A stretch of 64,000 nucleotides of DNA from Eledone cirrhosa (taxonomy: Eukaryota), in contig OZ024754.1 in NCBI GenBank assembly GCA_964016885.1, positions 33,914,001 to 33,978,000 of the forward strand, read 5' to 3'. The notes below the pieces were generated by a model, which saw only the letters and a program-made list of their open reading frames with translations, was not told the origin of the DNA and did no database searches. Every line of letters begins with the position of its first letter. Position 1 is the first letter of the stretch. Position numbers and translations under genes: made by a program. Shown one piece after another: positions 1-12,210 of the stretch.

Positions 1-155
1 GGATACCCCAGTCCTATCATCTCATTTCTACAGCTGAGTAAACTGGCGCAATGTGAAATAAAGTGTCTTGCTCAAGGAAACAACACATCACCCGGTCTGA
101 GAATTGAACTCACACCCTTTCGATTGCAAGCCTAATGCTCTAACCACTAGGCCAC
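1..155 (-). mobile_element. tRNA-headed CORE-type SINE, 5' part
   Basis: Minus strand has A-box TGGCCTAGTGG, B-box GAGTTCAATTC, then CORE-like CCTTGAGCAAGACACTTTATTTCAC...CTCAGCTGTAGAAATGAG; same family as 23433-23765. Confidence 0.8.
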
Positions 156-198
156 ATATATATATATATATATAAGGATTGGTGTTCATATACATATA

Positions 199-1033
199 CT
201 AGCTGAGGAACCCGGCTTCACCTGGGAGAACAGTTAAGAAAGAAGACAGGTAAAAGAGAAAATGACTGTCTTGGATGTGTTGTCTGGCTTACAGTATGAG
301 GTGAGACTGAAATGTATGTGTGTGTGTGCGAGAGAGACATAAAAAAAACAATCATAAAACTTCCTTATTAGGCTGGGAGAGTAAACTAACAATTAAATAG
401 TAGCATTGGCCTTGGATTTTAAATGTTGTGAAATAACCATAGTCAGTATGATATTTTTCAGCTCCAAAGGACGTCATCTGAAATGCAGCAATATACCACA
501 TAACATTGCTTCTGAAGTGTTGCTTCGTTAGTATGGTCTGTAAGCAGTATATGGATAAAAGCTGGAGGGTCCGCGACCAGTAGAAGTCTGACCTTTCCTC
601 CTAAACAACACATTCCAAGTGTAATATCCATGCTACCAATCGCGACTTTAGTATCATTTCTATAATCCTTCGATGGATCATATGAAAACACAGCTCTTAG
701 CTAGTTTGTTCTGCAGCTCTCATTGCCTCTTGGTTATTTTCATATCGAACCTCTGTTTGTTGCGATAGTCTTTCTTCTTAACTTAATCTTTCTGTTTCCT
801 GTCTCAGGTTCTGTACACTTTCAGAAAGTTGCAATCGTCTCTTCTTGCAATCGTCTGTCTGTTTCCCGCCTCATATTCTGCTGAATGTCACAATGTTGAC
901 TTGTCCCTTTATTCCCAAGTCTTTTATTGTTCATCAGTTTCTCTTTCGTTTGAAGATTTCAAACGTTTGGCAGACAGTGTGTGTGTGGTTTTTGTGCAAC
1001 CAGCCAACCAACCAATAGACATCTCTCTTTTAT
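199..1033 (-). mobile_element. Non-autonomous Helitron carrying a decayed RepHel N-terminal fragment
   Basis: Minus strand ends in hairpin-like GGTGAAGCCGGGTTCCTCAG then CTAG|T (199-202). Internal frames encode FSYDPSKDY..IGSM..GMCCLGGKVRL..PP and AFQMTSFGAEK..GYFTTFKIQGQ, typical of Helitron RepHel. The 5' region reads ATAAAAGAGAGATGTCT followed by (GTTG)n. Confidence 0.8.
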
Positions 1034-1067
1034 CATCATCATCATTTTACGTCCGCTTTTCCCTGCT

Positions 1068-1103
<36 letters not shown>

Positions 1104-1110
<7 letters not shown>

Positions 1111-1732
1111 AACAATAATATACGTGAACGACAAAGCATAAATGAATTGAGAGAGAGACTGAGCATAAGAGGAATCAAATGCTGTGTGCAGGAGAGGCGG
1201 TTGCGCTGGTATGGACATGTGATGCGTATGAAGGATGATAGCTGCATAAAAAGGTGCAGAGCATTAGAAGTTGATGGAAACCGCGGAGTGGGGAGACCCA
1301 AGATGACCTGGGATGAGGTGATAAAAGCCGACCTTACCCAATTACACCTCTCAAAGACAATGACACACGACCGTGACTTCTGGCGTCACGTAGTAATACA
1401 GAGTACCCAACCTCCCATGGGTACAAGCTGAAGCATATAGACAATATGCCCCCACACCCCCCACCGCAAGGTGGTCGTGGAGGTGCCACGGAAAAAAAGC
1501 ACCCAGCCCACACTGTAAAGTGGCCGTGTAGGCGCCACGAAAAAGCACCCAGCACTCACTGTAAATGAGGTTGGTGTTAGGAAGGGCATCCAGCTGTAGA
1601 AATCAAGCCAAATCAGTTCCTGTATGAGCAAGGCATGGTCAGCCGACCAGACACTGCCCACAACAGGACAACCCGTCTAACCCATGCTGCGTGGAAGAAC
1701 GGACGTAAAACGGTGATGATGATGATGATGAT
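1104..1732 (+). mobile_element. RTE LINE, 5'-truncated 3' end
   Basis: ERRLRWYGHVMR...GRPKMTWDEVI C-terminus, 3' UTR with GGTTGGTGTTAGGAAGGGCATCC, (GAT)n tail. Confidence 0.9.
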
Positions 1733-1914
1733 ATATATATATAAAGAGCTCTGTCCATTTCAACAGCTAGATCAGCCGTTGGGGTCCTGACGCTTTACTA
1801 CTCTACTATCCTAAGTATCGAGTGGAGAGATGCTGTGCTGAATAGGACTCGTCCCACCCTTGCAAGCAGGGAAAAACAGATGTAAAATGATGATGATGAT
1901 AAAGTATATTCTAT

Positions 1915-2220
1915 AAGTTGATAATACAACAGCAAGGCGTTCAGATATTTAATGCTCAGATGTGTTTTTTTCAATATCCAGGTATTTCAGAGGTAAATCC
2001 AGTTACTATACTTCTGGTCATTGTAGATTTATAATCACAGAGCATATATAAATGCAAGCTTCAACTAAGATGGTGTGCACACACATTGGTTGGTAAATAA
2101 ATACTTGTTATATGTTGTATAGAATTGATCCTGATGATTTCTCTACAAATGTATTAAAAATAATATTCTTTAGAGAATGAAGCATATGTAAATAAAATAA
2201 ATAATGTATTAATTGTTGAA
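1915..2220 (+). mobile_element. Penelope-like terminal-repeat fragment with a degenerate hammerhead motif
   Basis: Homologous to 17435-17705; CTGATGA, stem TTCTCTA/TAGAGAA, then TGAAGCATATGTA (decayed GAAA plus palindromic stem III). Confidence 0.4.
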
Positions 2221-2247
2221 TCTTGGTGATCTATTTCTTGTGTTTAT

Positions 2248-2568
2248 ATCATCATCATTTTACGTCCGCTTTTCCCTGCTTGCAAAGGGTGGGACGGGAA
2301 CTAATTCTGGCTAGATTTCTACAGCTGGATGCCCTTCCTAACACCAACCTCATATACAGTGAGTGCTGGGTGCTTTTTTTCCGTGGCGCCTCCACGACCA
2401 CTTTGCAGTGTGAGCTGGGTGCTTTTTTGCCGTGGCACCTACTTGCAGTGGGATGATAGAGACCCCAGTCCCTATCATCTCATTTCTACAGCTGAGTAAA
2501 CTGAAGCAATGTGAAATAAAGTGTCTTGCTCAAGGAAACAACACATCACCCGGTCTGAGAATTGAACT
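2248..2568 (-). mobile_element. CORE-type SINE with RTE-derived 3' tail (head truncated)
   Basis: Near-identical organisation to 23433-23765. Confidence 0.8.
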
Positions 2569-2624
2569 ATGCTAGCGTGGAAGATGGACGTTAAACGATG
2601 ATGATGGTGATGATATATATATAT

Positions 2625-2945
2625 ATGAAGGATAACAGCTGTATAAAAAGGTGCAGAGGGCTCAAAGTCAATGGACGCCTTGGACCAGGGAGACCCAATT
2701 GCACTTCTCTGGTATTACGCAGTAATACAGAAGACCCAAATTCCCATGAGCACAGGTCATACCTGAAGCATATAGTATGAACCACTCACATACATCTCCC
2801 ATGAGGACAAGCTGAAGTTACATCCAGTGAAGCCTCCAGCCCACAATGTAAAGTGGTCGTGTACGTGTTACAGCAAAAAATGCCCTGCCCACACTAAAGT
2901 GGTCATGTATGTGCCACGACAAAAAGCACCCAGTCCACACTGTGA
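2625..2945 (+). mobile_element. Rearranged RTE 3' fragment
   Basis: MKDNSCIKRCRGLKVNGRLGPGRP followed by RTE 3' UTR sub-repeats. Confidence 0.7.
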
Positions 2946-3034
2946 AGTTGTCATCTACGGATGATTTTGGCAGATTTGAATTCAGAACACAAAGGGCCAT
3001 AACTCTATGCTGCAAAGCATGGCGTCTGATATTC

Positions 3035-3245
3035 CACACTGTGAAGAGCACCAGTGCCATTTCTGACACACTTTTCCCCAATAACATCCTGGTTTACATT
3101 GCCTTGATCCACATCTCTCAAGACATTGGCAAACTTTCTTTCTTCAACCTCTCTCCGAGATGTGTACCTATCGTCTAGTTTCTCTCTTAGCTACCTGGTA
3201 CTGATCCTTGCTAACTTCATTTTTCACCATGTATAAAATCCCCAG
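3035..3245 (-). mobile_element. Internal RTE fragment (region between endonuclease and RT)
   Basis: Minus strand encodes KFANVLRDVDQGNVNQDVIGEKCVRNGTGAL, matching RRFANVLRWEDQ..NQDVVGDKCVRNDAGVL at 19525-20142. Confidence 0.65.
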
Positions 3246-3333
3246 GTTTAAAATATTATTACATTGCTCCTATGATTTAAACAGGAGTTCAGGGCCCATG
3301 GATGGATAGATTGTAGTAGCAATGATGATTGTG

Positions 3334-3366
<33 letters not shown>

Positions 3367-5119
3367 ATGGTTGTAGTAGTAGTAGTACTAGTAGAAATAA
3401 TAGTATTAGAAGTAGTAGTAGAAGCAGTAGCAGCAGCAGCAGTAGTAGTGGCAGCAGTAGTAGTAGTTCAGTAATAATTGCTTTCTTCTTCTTCATATCA
3501 AGCTGTTTTCCATTTTCAAGTAGGAAATTAAATTCCAGGAACAACAACAAATTCATATTTTTTACCATAAACACTTTGCAGATAGTCATATCCATGGCAA
3601 CAAAATATATTGAATGTAAAAAAAAAAAGAAGTTCACTGATAAATTTGAAAAAAAAGGGAAATGTTTACAGGATTTAGTTGCGGATCTTTCTTAAGGAGT
3701 GGAACAAATGAATTTATAGGAAAGGAAAATCTTGAGAAGGAAGACAATATTTTCATTAGTACATAGTTACTGCTTGTTAGTGGGTGAGGTTCTGGTAGAG
3801 ATGACAAAATCTACTATTACTGCTACTACTAATACTACCACTACTGCTGCTGCTACCACTACTACTACTACTGCTACTACTACTACATTCTATTAAAATT
3901 AAAGTTTTTGGTTTATTGCAAATTTTCACAACAATCTGTCCACTATCAAAGATACTATAAACAGGTAAATGAACACAGCCAAGTTCAAATCCTGTTCTGG
4001 TCAACTTCATCTTTCATCATTTTTTAGGGTGATAAAATGAAATACTAGTGTTATCTACACAATAAAAACACCCAGTACATGCTGTAAAGTAGTTGGTGAT
4101 AGAAAAGGTATTCAACCATAGAAAATTTGCCAAACAAAGGATTGAGAGGTCCCTTTAGTTGTGTCAAAGACATGACAACCTCCCTAGTGCTGTTGTCAAG
4201 TGGTTGGGATTAGGAAAATCATCCAACAAAGAGTTGGGAGAACTCTTCAGTTTGTATCAAAAGACATGAAAACTTCTCGTTTGCATACAGTAGAATGTAT
4301 GACCATATGTAAGTGGGATATAGACCCCTCGGCATGTCTGGGAGGTCAGAGTCCCTGTTTCAGTACTGACTTGGTCAATGTATACCCATCCAACCCTTGC
4401 TAGCAGGGAAAACAGATGTTAAATGATAATGATGGTGGTAGTGGAATGATGAAATTTGTAGACCATTGGCGTATGGCTCTTATATAAAATTATGTTGAAA
4501 GATTTAATTTCAAATAAGAACCCTTTAATATAAGTGGCTTTCTTTCATAGAACCAGAGTTGACCTTAGTCAATGTGGTTAACATTGATAAATAAGATATC
4601 AAGAAAACGTAGCATCTTATTTGCCTACTGAAAGCCATCTTAGGATTAGGTGGGCCTTTTTTTTAAGCATTTACTTGGTAGAAATTTTAGTCCCTGTATG
4701 TTCATGCAACGGTTTTGTTGTTTTTTTAGCTAGCAGATTGAACAACATTTTAACTCTGCATTTGGGGGAGACATGAAACTAAACCTATTCAGTTTGTCTC
4801 CATGTTCACAAAGTACTTAAAGTTACCACAAGTCTCCGAGTCACGAAGGCTATATTTGCAGGAAAAGAATTAAGGTCAACTAATTGTAAATATAAAGTAA
4901 AATCAATATTCCCAAATAGTCATTTGAACCATTGTAAAATTGATAAATGTTTTGGTACTCTGCTGTGCTGACTTTAGTTTTCTTCTTTTTCTTCTTCTCT
5001 TCTGTTTGAAAAATATATTGCAGTCTCCAGCTCATGTAAAAACTGACGATAGGCCTGAGCTGTGGGATGGACATACAAAGATTGCATATCCTGAGACCCC
5101 AAAGAGGGTTTTGAGAGGG

Positions 5120-5260
5120 AGCAAACTGTAGAAATTGGAACATAGAACATCACAACCCTTACAGACAAGGAGCAGGTACCAATAGAGGAGGCTAGATGCT
5201 ACCAGCTAGATATAGTCAGGATTTCCTCAACAAAGTTTTGTGGCTCTGCTACTGTAGAAT
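5120..5260 (+). mobile_element. Decayed AP-endonuclease N-terminus of an Expander/Rex3-like RTE
   Basis: EIGT*NITTLTDKEQVPIEEARCYQLDIVRISSTKFCGS resembles the GTWNV..L..KE.EL......Y.LDIVG..ST motif. Confidence 0.5.
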
Positions 5261-5281
5261 TTTAGTTGTCTTATTTTTAAA

Positions 5282-5464
5282 TTCTTTCACTAGACACTGA
5301 CCATGTTGAGGTACCACCTTACACAAGTGGAAAAGAAGATTCTAATGCCAGTTGTTATATAAGAATTGTAAATCGTTGTCTAATAAGGCAAATCAAGACT
5401 CCTGTATGTATGGTGAGTATGTGTCTATAACTATAATCCAAAATATGTAAGCTAAATGTGTGTG
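5282..5464 (+). repeat. ~183 bp segment duplicated at 60576-60758
   Basis: Direct copy; only two mismatches seen. Confidence 0.9.
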
Positions 5465-6104
5465 AAAATAAAACAGTATATATAGAGTAGTGTAAATGCT
5501 AAAGAGTTAAGAGGGTGCTGTAGCTAACTTGTAGCATTATGTAAAGTGTAGAAAATATGGTGTTTTAAATGCAAATGGGACATTAAATGTTAGAAATAGT
5601 GATAACAACAATGTTACCTTGGAGTTCTGTAGTAGTCCTTAATATTTCAGGAAGCTTTCTAATAAAACACTATTTCCTAAAGTTATTTAGTTTGCTTCTA
5701 TTGTTCATATAGTTCCTTAGCATTGTAACCATTCCTGGATCAGATGATTCTCCCAACCATTTTCACAAAGTACTTAAAACAACCATACATCTCTGAGTTA
5801 CAGATGTTCTGATCAAAACTACACCCTCAACTCTATCAAAACTTTCTTTCTTTGTCATATATCTACAAAGATATATTAGTGAGTGACTTTCACTCTAGTT
5901 ATAGTGTATACACCCAAGTTTGAACAACATATGTTTAACATTGAAGAAGTGGTACAGTGGTGATCTCATTGCTTTTTACTATCTCTAATTTCTAGCTGTG
6001 AAGAACCTATTCAAGGTCTGTTTAATTTTATCCTTGATGTGATAATGTGATAATGTTGCTCCTAAAACTGTCAAAGCTGTCCTAAACCAGAGGTTCATCA
6101 GATC

Positions 6105-6962
6105 AGAGTTAACCCAGTTCCATTGGTATTTAAGAGATTGAAACGCCAGTTCAGTGTAGAGTTAACCCAGTTCCATTGGTATTTAAGAGATTGAAATGCC
6201 AGTTCAGTGTAGAGTTAACCCAGTTCCATTGGTATTTAAGAGACTGAAACACAAGTTCAGTGTAGAGTTAACCCAGTTCCATTGGTATTTAAGAGACTGA
6301 AATGCCAGTTCAGTGTAGAGTTAACCGAGTTCCATTGGTATTTAAGAGACTGAAATGCCAGTTCAGTGTAGAGTTAACCCAGTTCCATTGGTATTTAAGG
6401 GACTGAAACACCAGTTCAGTGTAGAGTTAACCCAGTTCCATTGGTATTTAAGAGACTGAAACACCAGTTCAGTGTAGAGTTAACCCAGTTCCATTGGTAT
6501 TTAAGGGACTGAAACACCAGTTCAGTGTAGAGTTAACCGAGTTCCATTGGTATTTAAGGCACTGAAACACCAGTTCAGTGTAGAGTTAGCCCAGTTCCAT
6601 TGGTATTTAAGGGACTGAAACACCAGTTCAGTGTAGAGTTAACCCAGTTCCATTGGTATTTAAGAGACTGAAACACCAGTTCAGTGTAGAGTTAACCCAG
6701 TTCCATTGGTATTTAAGAGACTGAAACGCCAGTTCAGTGTAGAGTTAACCCAGTTCCATTGGTATTTAAGAGACTGAAACGCCAGTTCAGTGTAGAGTTA
6801 ACCGAGTTCCATTGGTATTTAAGGGACTGAAACACCAGTTCAGTGTAGAGTTAACCCAGTTCCATTGGTATTTAAGGGACTGAAACACCAATTCAGTGTA
6901 GAGTTAACCCAGTTCCATTGGTATTTAAGAGACTGAAATGCCAGTTCAGTGTAGAGTTAACC
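6105..6962. repeat. 53 bp minisatellite, ~16 copies
   Basis: Unit AGAGTTAACCCAGTTCCATTGGTATTTAAGAGACTGAAACACCAGTTCAGTGT; period 6105 to 6158. Confidence 0.95.
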
Positions 6963-6964
6963 CT

Positions 6965-7080
6965 CGGCTGCTGGTACTCATTTTCAGCTGGGTGGACTGG
7001 AGCAACAGGAACTGAAATGTTTTGCTCAAGAACACAATAAGCTGCCTGATCCAGGAATTGAACTGATGACCTTATGAGAT
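6965..7080 (-). mobile_element. CORE-type SINE fragment abutting the 53 bp array
   Basis: CAGCTGGGTGGACTGGAGCAAC...GCTCAAGAACAC...GGAATTGAAC on the plus strand. Confidence 0.65.
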
Positions 7081-7211
7081 TGATGGTGTAGAAAATAGAA
7101 TATATTGTGTGAAATGTGGTCCTCTGCAACATTGTAGGACAGTAGCTCTAAGACTTGGTCTTTAATGACCCATCCAACCCATGCCAGCATGAAAAAAAGT
7201 GAGTGTTAAAT

Positions 7212-7340
7212 AATAATTGTTTCTACTTTTGGCACAAGGCCAGCAATTACCCAGTACATTACTGGTACTTTATTTTATCGACTCCCGTAAGGATGAAAGG
7301 CAAAGTTAACTTCGACGGGATTTGAACTCAAACCGTAAAC
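7212..7340 (-). mobile_element. Meta-type SINE, 3' part
   Basis: Minus strand TTTGCCTTTCATCCTTACGGGAGTCGATAAAATAAAGTACCAG...GGCCTTGTGCCAAAAGTAGAAACAATT(ATT)n. Confidence 0.75.
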
Positions 7341-7740
7341 ATGATAATGATAGTGATGCCGATGATGATGATGATGACAACAGTGATGATGATGATGACA
7401 ATGTAGATGACGATAATGATGAGGGTGATGATGATGATGTTGATGACGATGATGATAATGACAAGCGTGAAGACAGTGATAACGATGATGAAAATGATAG
7501 TGATGACAGTGTAACGATGACAATGATTTGATAACAGTGATTCTGCTGCAAAACAAAAAAACAAAAAACAACAGAAATTTAGAATTTATTAAAAACAATA
7601 TATTTTATTCATAAAAAAGATGAAATAATAAATGATTTGTAAAAAAAAAAAAATTGATATTTACAAAAGATGAATGACGACTGAATTCTAAAAAGGAATG
7701 TGACTCAAACGGACTATTTTGACAGTGTTCATGCACACAC

Positions 7741-7788
<48 letters not shown>

Positions 7789-8274
7789 CTGTGCAGGATA
7801 ATGTAGATATATCTAATGAAATACACAGCCTCTCTGTTTTAATTATTGTTGAAAATAATTAAGAATTTGAAGGGATTTAATGAAATAACTTATTCCATTA
7901 TTATTATTCTTAAGCTGGTGCAGGGCAGTGGATTGTGGATTACCAGTACAGCATCAGACATCTTTTGTGGCATTGAGTTACGTCCCTCTGCGTTCTGAGT
8001 TAAAATCCTGCTGAGGTTAGCTTTGTCCTTACTGGGTCAATAAAATAAAGTAAATCAACCCATTATTTTACTGAAAATAATGGGTTGATTTAATTGACTT
8101 TCGCCTCCCCCCAAATCGTTCACCTTGTTCCTAAATCAGAAACCATTAAGCTGGTGGAAACGAACACAAGAAAAATAGTTTTATTCAACAAATTTCTATT
8201 AAATAATATAATGTTTGCAATAAAAATAGAAAAAGAAAGAAAAAAATCTAAGTAAAGGGAGGGAGAGGGAATGG

Positions 8275-9975
8275 CAGACTCTACACCCCAGTCTAGGTGG
8301 TATATCTCAACTGTGACACACTCTACACCCCAGTCTAGGTGGTATATCTCAACTGTGACACACTCTACACCCCAGTCTAGGTGGTATATCTCAACTGTGA
8401 CACACTCTACACCCCAGTCTAGGTGGTATATCTCAACTGTGACACACTCTACACCCCAGTCTAGGTGGTATATCTCAACTGTGACACACTCTACATCCCA
8501 GTCTAGGTGGTATATCTCAACTGTGACACACTCTACACCCCAGTCTAGGTGGTATATCTCAACTGTGACACACTCTACACCCCAGTCTAGGTGGTATATC
8601 TCAACTGTGACACACTCTACACCCCAGTCTAGGTGGTATATGTCAACTGTGACAGACACTACAGCCCAGTCTAAGTGGTATATCTCAACTGTGACACACT
8701 CTACACCCCAGTCTAGGTGGTATATGTCAACTGTGACAGACACTACAGCCCAGTCTAAGTGGTATATCTCAACTGTGACACACTCTACATCCCAGTCTAA
8801 GTGGTATATCTCAACTGTGACAGACACTACACCCCAGTCTAGGTGGTATATCTCAACTGTGACACACTCTACACCCCAGTCTAGGTGGTATATCTCAACT
8901 GTGACACACTCTACACCCCAGTCTAGGTGGTATATGTCAACTGTGACAGACACTACAGCCCAGTCTAAGTGGTATATCTCAACTGTGACACACTCTACAC
9001 CCCAGTCTAGGTGGTATATGTCAACTGTGACAGACACTACAGCCCAGTCTAAGTGGTATATCTCAACTGTGACACACTCTACATCCCAGTCTAAGTGGTA
9101 TATCTCAACTGTGACAGACACTACACCCCAGCCTAGGTGGTATATCTCAACTGTGACAGTCTCTACACCCCAGTCTAGGTGGTATATCTCAACTGTGACA
9201 GACTCTACACCCCAGTCTAGGTGGTATATCTCAGCTGTGACAGACTCTACATCCCAGTCTAGGTGGTATATCTCAACTGTGACACACTCTACACTCCAGT
9301 CTAGGTGGTATATCTCAACTGTGACAGACTCTACATCCCAGTCTAGGTGGTATATCTCAACTGTGACAGACACTACATCCCAGTCTAGGTGGTATATCTC
9401 AACTGTGACAGTCTCTACACCCCAGTCTAGGTGGTATATCTCAGCTGTGACAGACTCTACATCCCAGTCTAGGTGGTATATCTCAGCTGTGACAGACTCT
9501 ACATCCCAGTCTAAGTGGTATATCTCAACTGTGACAGACACTACACCCCAGTCTAGGTGGTATATCTCAACTGTGACAGTCTCTACACCCCAGTCTAGGT
9601 GGTATATCTCAGCTGTGACAGACTCTACATCCCAGTCTAGGTGGTATATCTCAACTGTGACAGACACTACACCCCAGTCTAGGTGGTATATCTCAACTGT
9701 GACAGACACTACACCCCAGTCTAGGTGGTATATCTCAACTGTGACAGACACTACATCCCAGTCTAGGTGGTATATCTCAGCTGTGACAGACTCTACATCC
9801 CAGTCTAGGTGGTATATCTCAACTGTGACAGACACTACACCCCAGTCTAGGTGGTATATCTCAACTGTGACACACTCTACACCCCAGTCTAGGTGGTATA
9901 TCTCAACTGTGACAGACACTACATCCCAGTCTAGGTGGTATATCTCAGCTGTGACAGACTCTACATCCCAGTCTA
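8275..9975. repeat. 42 bp minisatellite, ~40 copies
   Basis: Unit CTCTACACCCCAGTCTAGGTGGTATATCTCAACTGTGACACA; 14-aa periodicity in the ORF track. Confidence 0.95.
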
Positions 9976-10889
9976 TAATATATATATATACTATAAAGTA
10001 TGTCCATAGAATCATTTGATAATATATATACACCATTTCCTCTCCTAATTAGCATAATTAACGACACAAAAAATCAATTAGACCAGGCTATAAGATTAAA
10101 AGGCACCTATGAAGAAATAGTAGATAAATAAACGACAGCAATCTCTTCGCGGCCAACCGCCATAGAATATTTACCAAACATTTCAACAGCACGTGGAAAT
10201 CGATTAAATATACAGTCAACCATACACAATTAGGTATAAAATTAAAGTTAGAAGAAATGCATATACACATAGCAGGATTATGTTTTATATATTATATATA
10301 TATAATAAATATATACACATAGCAGGATTATGTTTCATATATTATATATATATAATAAATTTAAGTTTAATCGATATAGATAAAATACATACTAATTGTT
10401 TTTCTCAATACCAAAGCTTGATGAACATTAGTTCAGAACCTCATATAAACTTGTAAAAAGATAGGCTAAAATTGTGTGTGTGTGTGTGTGCGTGCGTGCG
10501 TGTGTGTGTTCTGTTTGAGAGAGGGTACTATTGCCAAGAAATCTTTTAACCTGGCTGAAATCATCCCTGGTTCTACAATACAAAACTTTTTGGTTTTATA
10601 GTGTTTGTATCCATCTAAAAAAAATAAACTTCCATCATGATATTATGTAAAAACATTTAAGTTATGCTCCAGACACCAAGTTAGAATTTAAGAAGTTAGT
10701 TATATTACTAAATCCATCCAAATTCTCGGTTATTTTCAAAATGATTTGAAAATATTAATAGTTTTAGTTAGAAATATGATAATGATAAGGTTAAATCTCA
10801 ACTTAGCTTTGAGCATATCTGGCATTGTCAGTAGGTTCTGTGAGGTAAGTTCAAATTTTGACGTACATTTCTATCCATATAATAGATAA

Positions 10890-11226
10890 GTGCACAGTTT
10901 AGTGGTTAGAGTGTTTGGCTTGCAATCATAAGGTTGTGAGTTCGATTCATGGACTGGGTGATGCATTGTGTCCTTGAGCAAGATACCTTATTTCATGTTG
11001 CTCCAGTTCACTCAGCTGTAGAAATGAGTTGCGACGTCACTGGTACCAAGTTGTATTGGCCTTTACCTTTCCTTTGGGCAAATTGTGGCGTAGAGAGGGA
11101 GGGCTGATATGCATGGGTGACTGCTGGTCTTCCACAAACAACCTTGCTTGGACTTGTGTCTCAGAAGGGAACTTTTTAGGTGCAAATACCATAGTCATTT
11201 GTGACCAAAGGGGGTCTTTACCCTTT
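10890..11226 (+). mobile_element. CORE-type SINE, second body type, full length
   Basis: tRNA-like head (TAGTGGTTAG, GAGTTCGATTC), CORE-like CCTTGAGCAAG, body shared with 62420-62760. Confidence 0.8.
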
Positions 11227-11939
11227 ATATATATATATATGTTATTATTATTATTATACATATATATTATTAAAAATACATGTGAGCGAAAACACGGAAG
11301 ACACAAACACAAGGATAATTCCTACTCACAGGCTGTTTTCTGTGGATCATTATAGCTTTGAATGTATTATATAAACTGCTGGATAGCCATTCTTTTCTTA
11401 GTATAAACATTTCTCTTGTTTGCTTGTTATTTTCAATGTATAACAATCTGAGATGAGGTGTAATTGTAGTGGGGATGAGAGTGGAAAATTCATTTAAATA
11501 AAAAGGTGTTCTTTGATAATGGAGAGGCTGGTAGCACTGCATGAATACAATGTTCAACTTATATTTTTATCTGATACACTCACAGACACAAACAAATGTA
11601 GATATAAAGTAATTCAGTAGCTAACAATAGTTTTGCATGGAACTTCAGTTTTTGGAGAGCAGTTGCCAGCCTAGGGGTCCACAAAGGTATGACTGGGGAC
11701 CATGAGTTAACTTAAAATGTTCATGTACTTTTGATTGTAGAGCCAGAACTAAACATATATTGTTTACAGAAGGAGGCACAATCTTGTAACAAAACCAGTT
11801 TTTTGTGGAGATGTCGATAGAAAGAGGGGTGCAGTGCAAAAAAATTATCAGCAAATGTAATGAACCTTTATTTTTTTTCTTTTAATTTTCTAAGCTGCAG
11901 ACATATGAGGGATCATTATTGGGTTCATTAAAAAAAAAT

Positions 11940-12210
11940 GAAAAGGAAAGGAACTGATCATCAGATCAGACCAAGGAAACTAGGTTTCCATTGGTTTTTC
12001 CATTGCTGATACTGTCTGACGGTCTCAATACATGGCAGACGAAAGGAAAGGAACTGATTATCAGATTGGTCCAAGAAAACTATATTTCCATTGTTGATAT
12101 TATCTACTGGTTGCAACTCCTATCCTAGCAGAAGAAAGAAGTCAATCAGATCAGACTAAAGAAAGTAGGTTTCCACTGATCTTTCCATTACTGATACTAT
12201 TTGCCAGTCA
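11940..12210. repeat. Diverged ~100 bp triplicated unit; inverted relative at ~59355-59465
   Basis: Repeated TCAGATCAGACCAAGGAAAC..TTTCCATTG..TGATACT. Confidence 0.6.

Noticed and set aside
829-1431. 200 aa ORF as a gene
   Set aside because: Chance read-through of antisense Helitron sequence, (TA)n and an RTE C-terminal fragment.
8120-10036. 638 aa and 582 aa ORFs as genes
   Set aside because: They arise from a stop-free 42 bp unit, are open on both strands, and show no domain or splice evidence.
11950-11990. CTGATCA...GAAACTAGGTT as a hammerhead
   Set aside because: Invariant G8 is absent, no stem II forms, and GGAAAC/GTTTCC is a simple hairpin.
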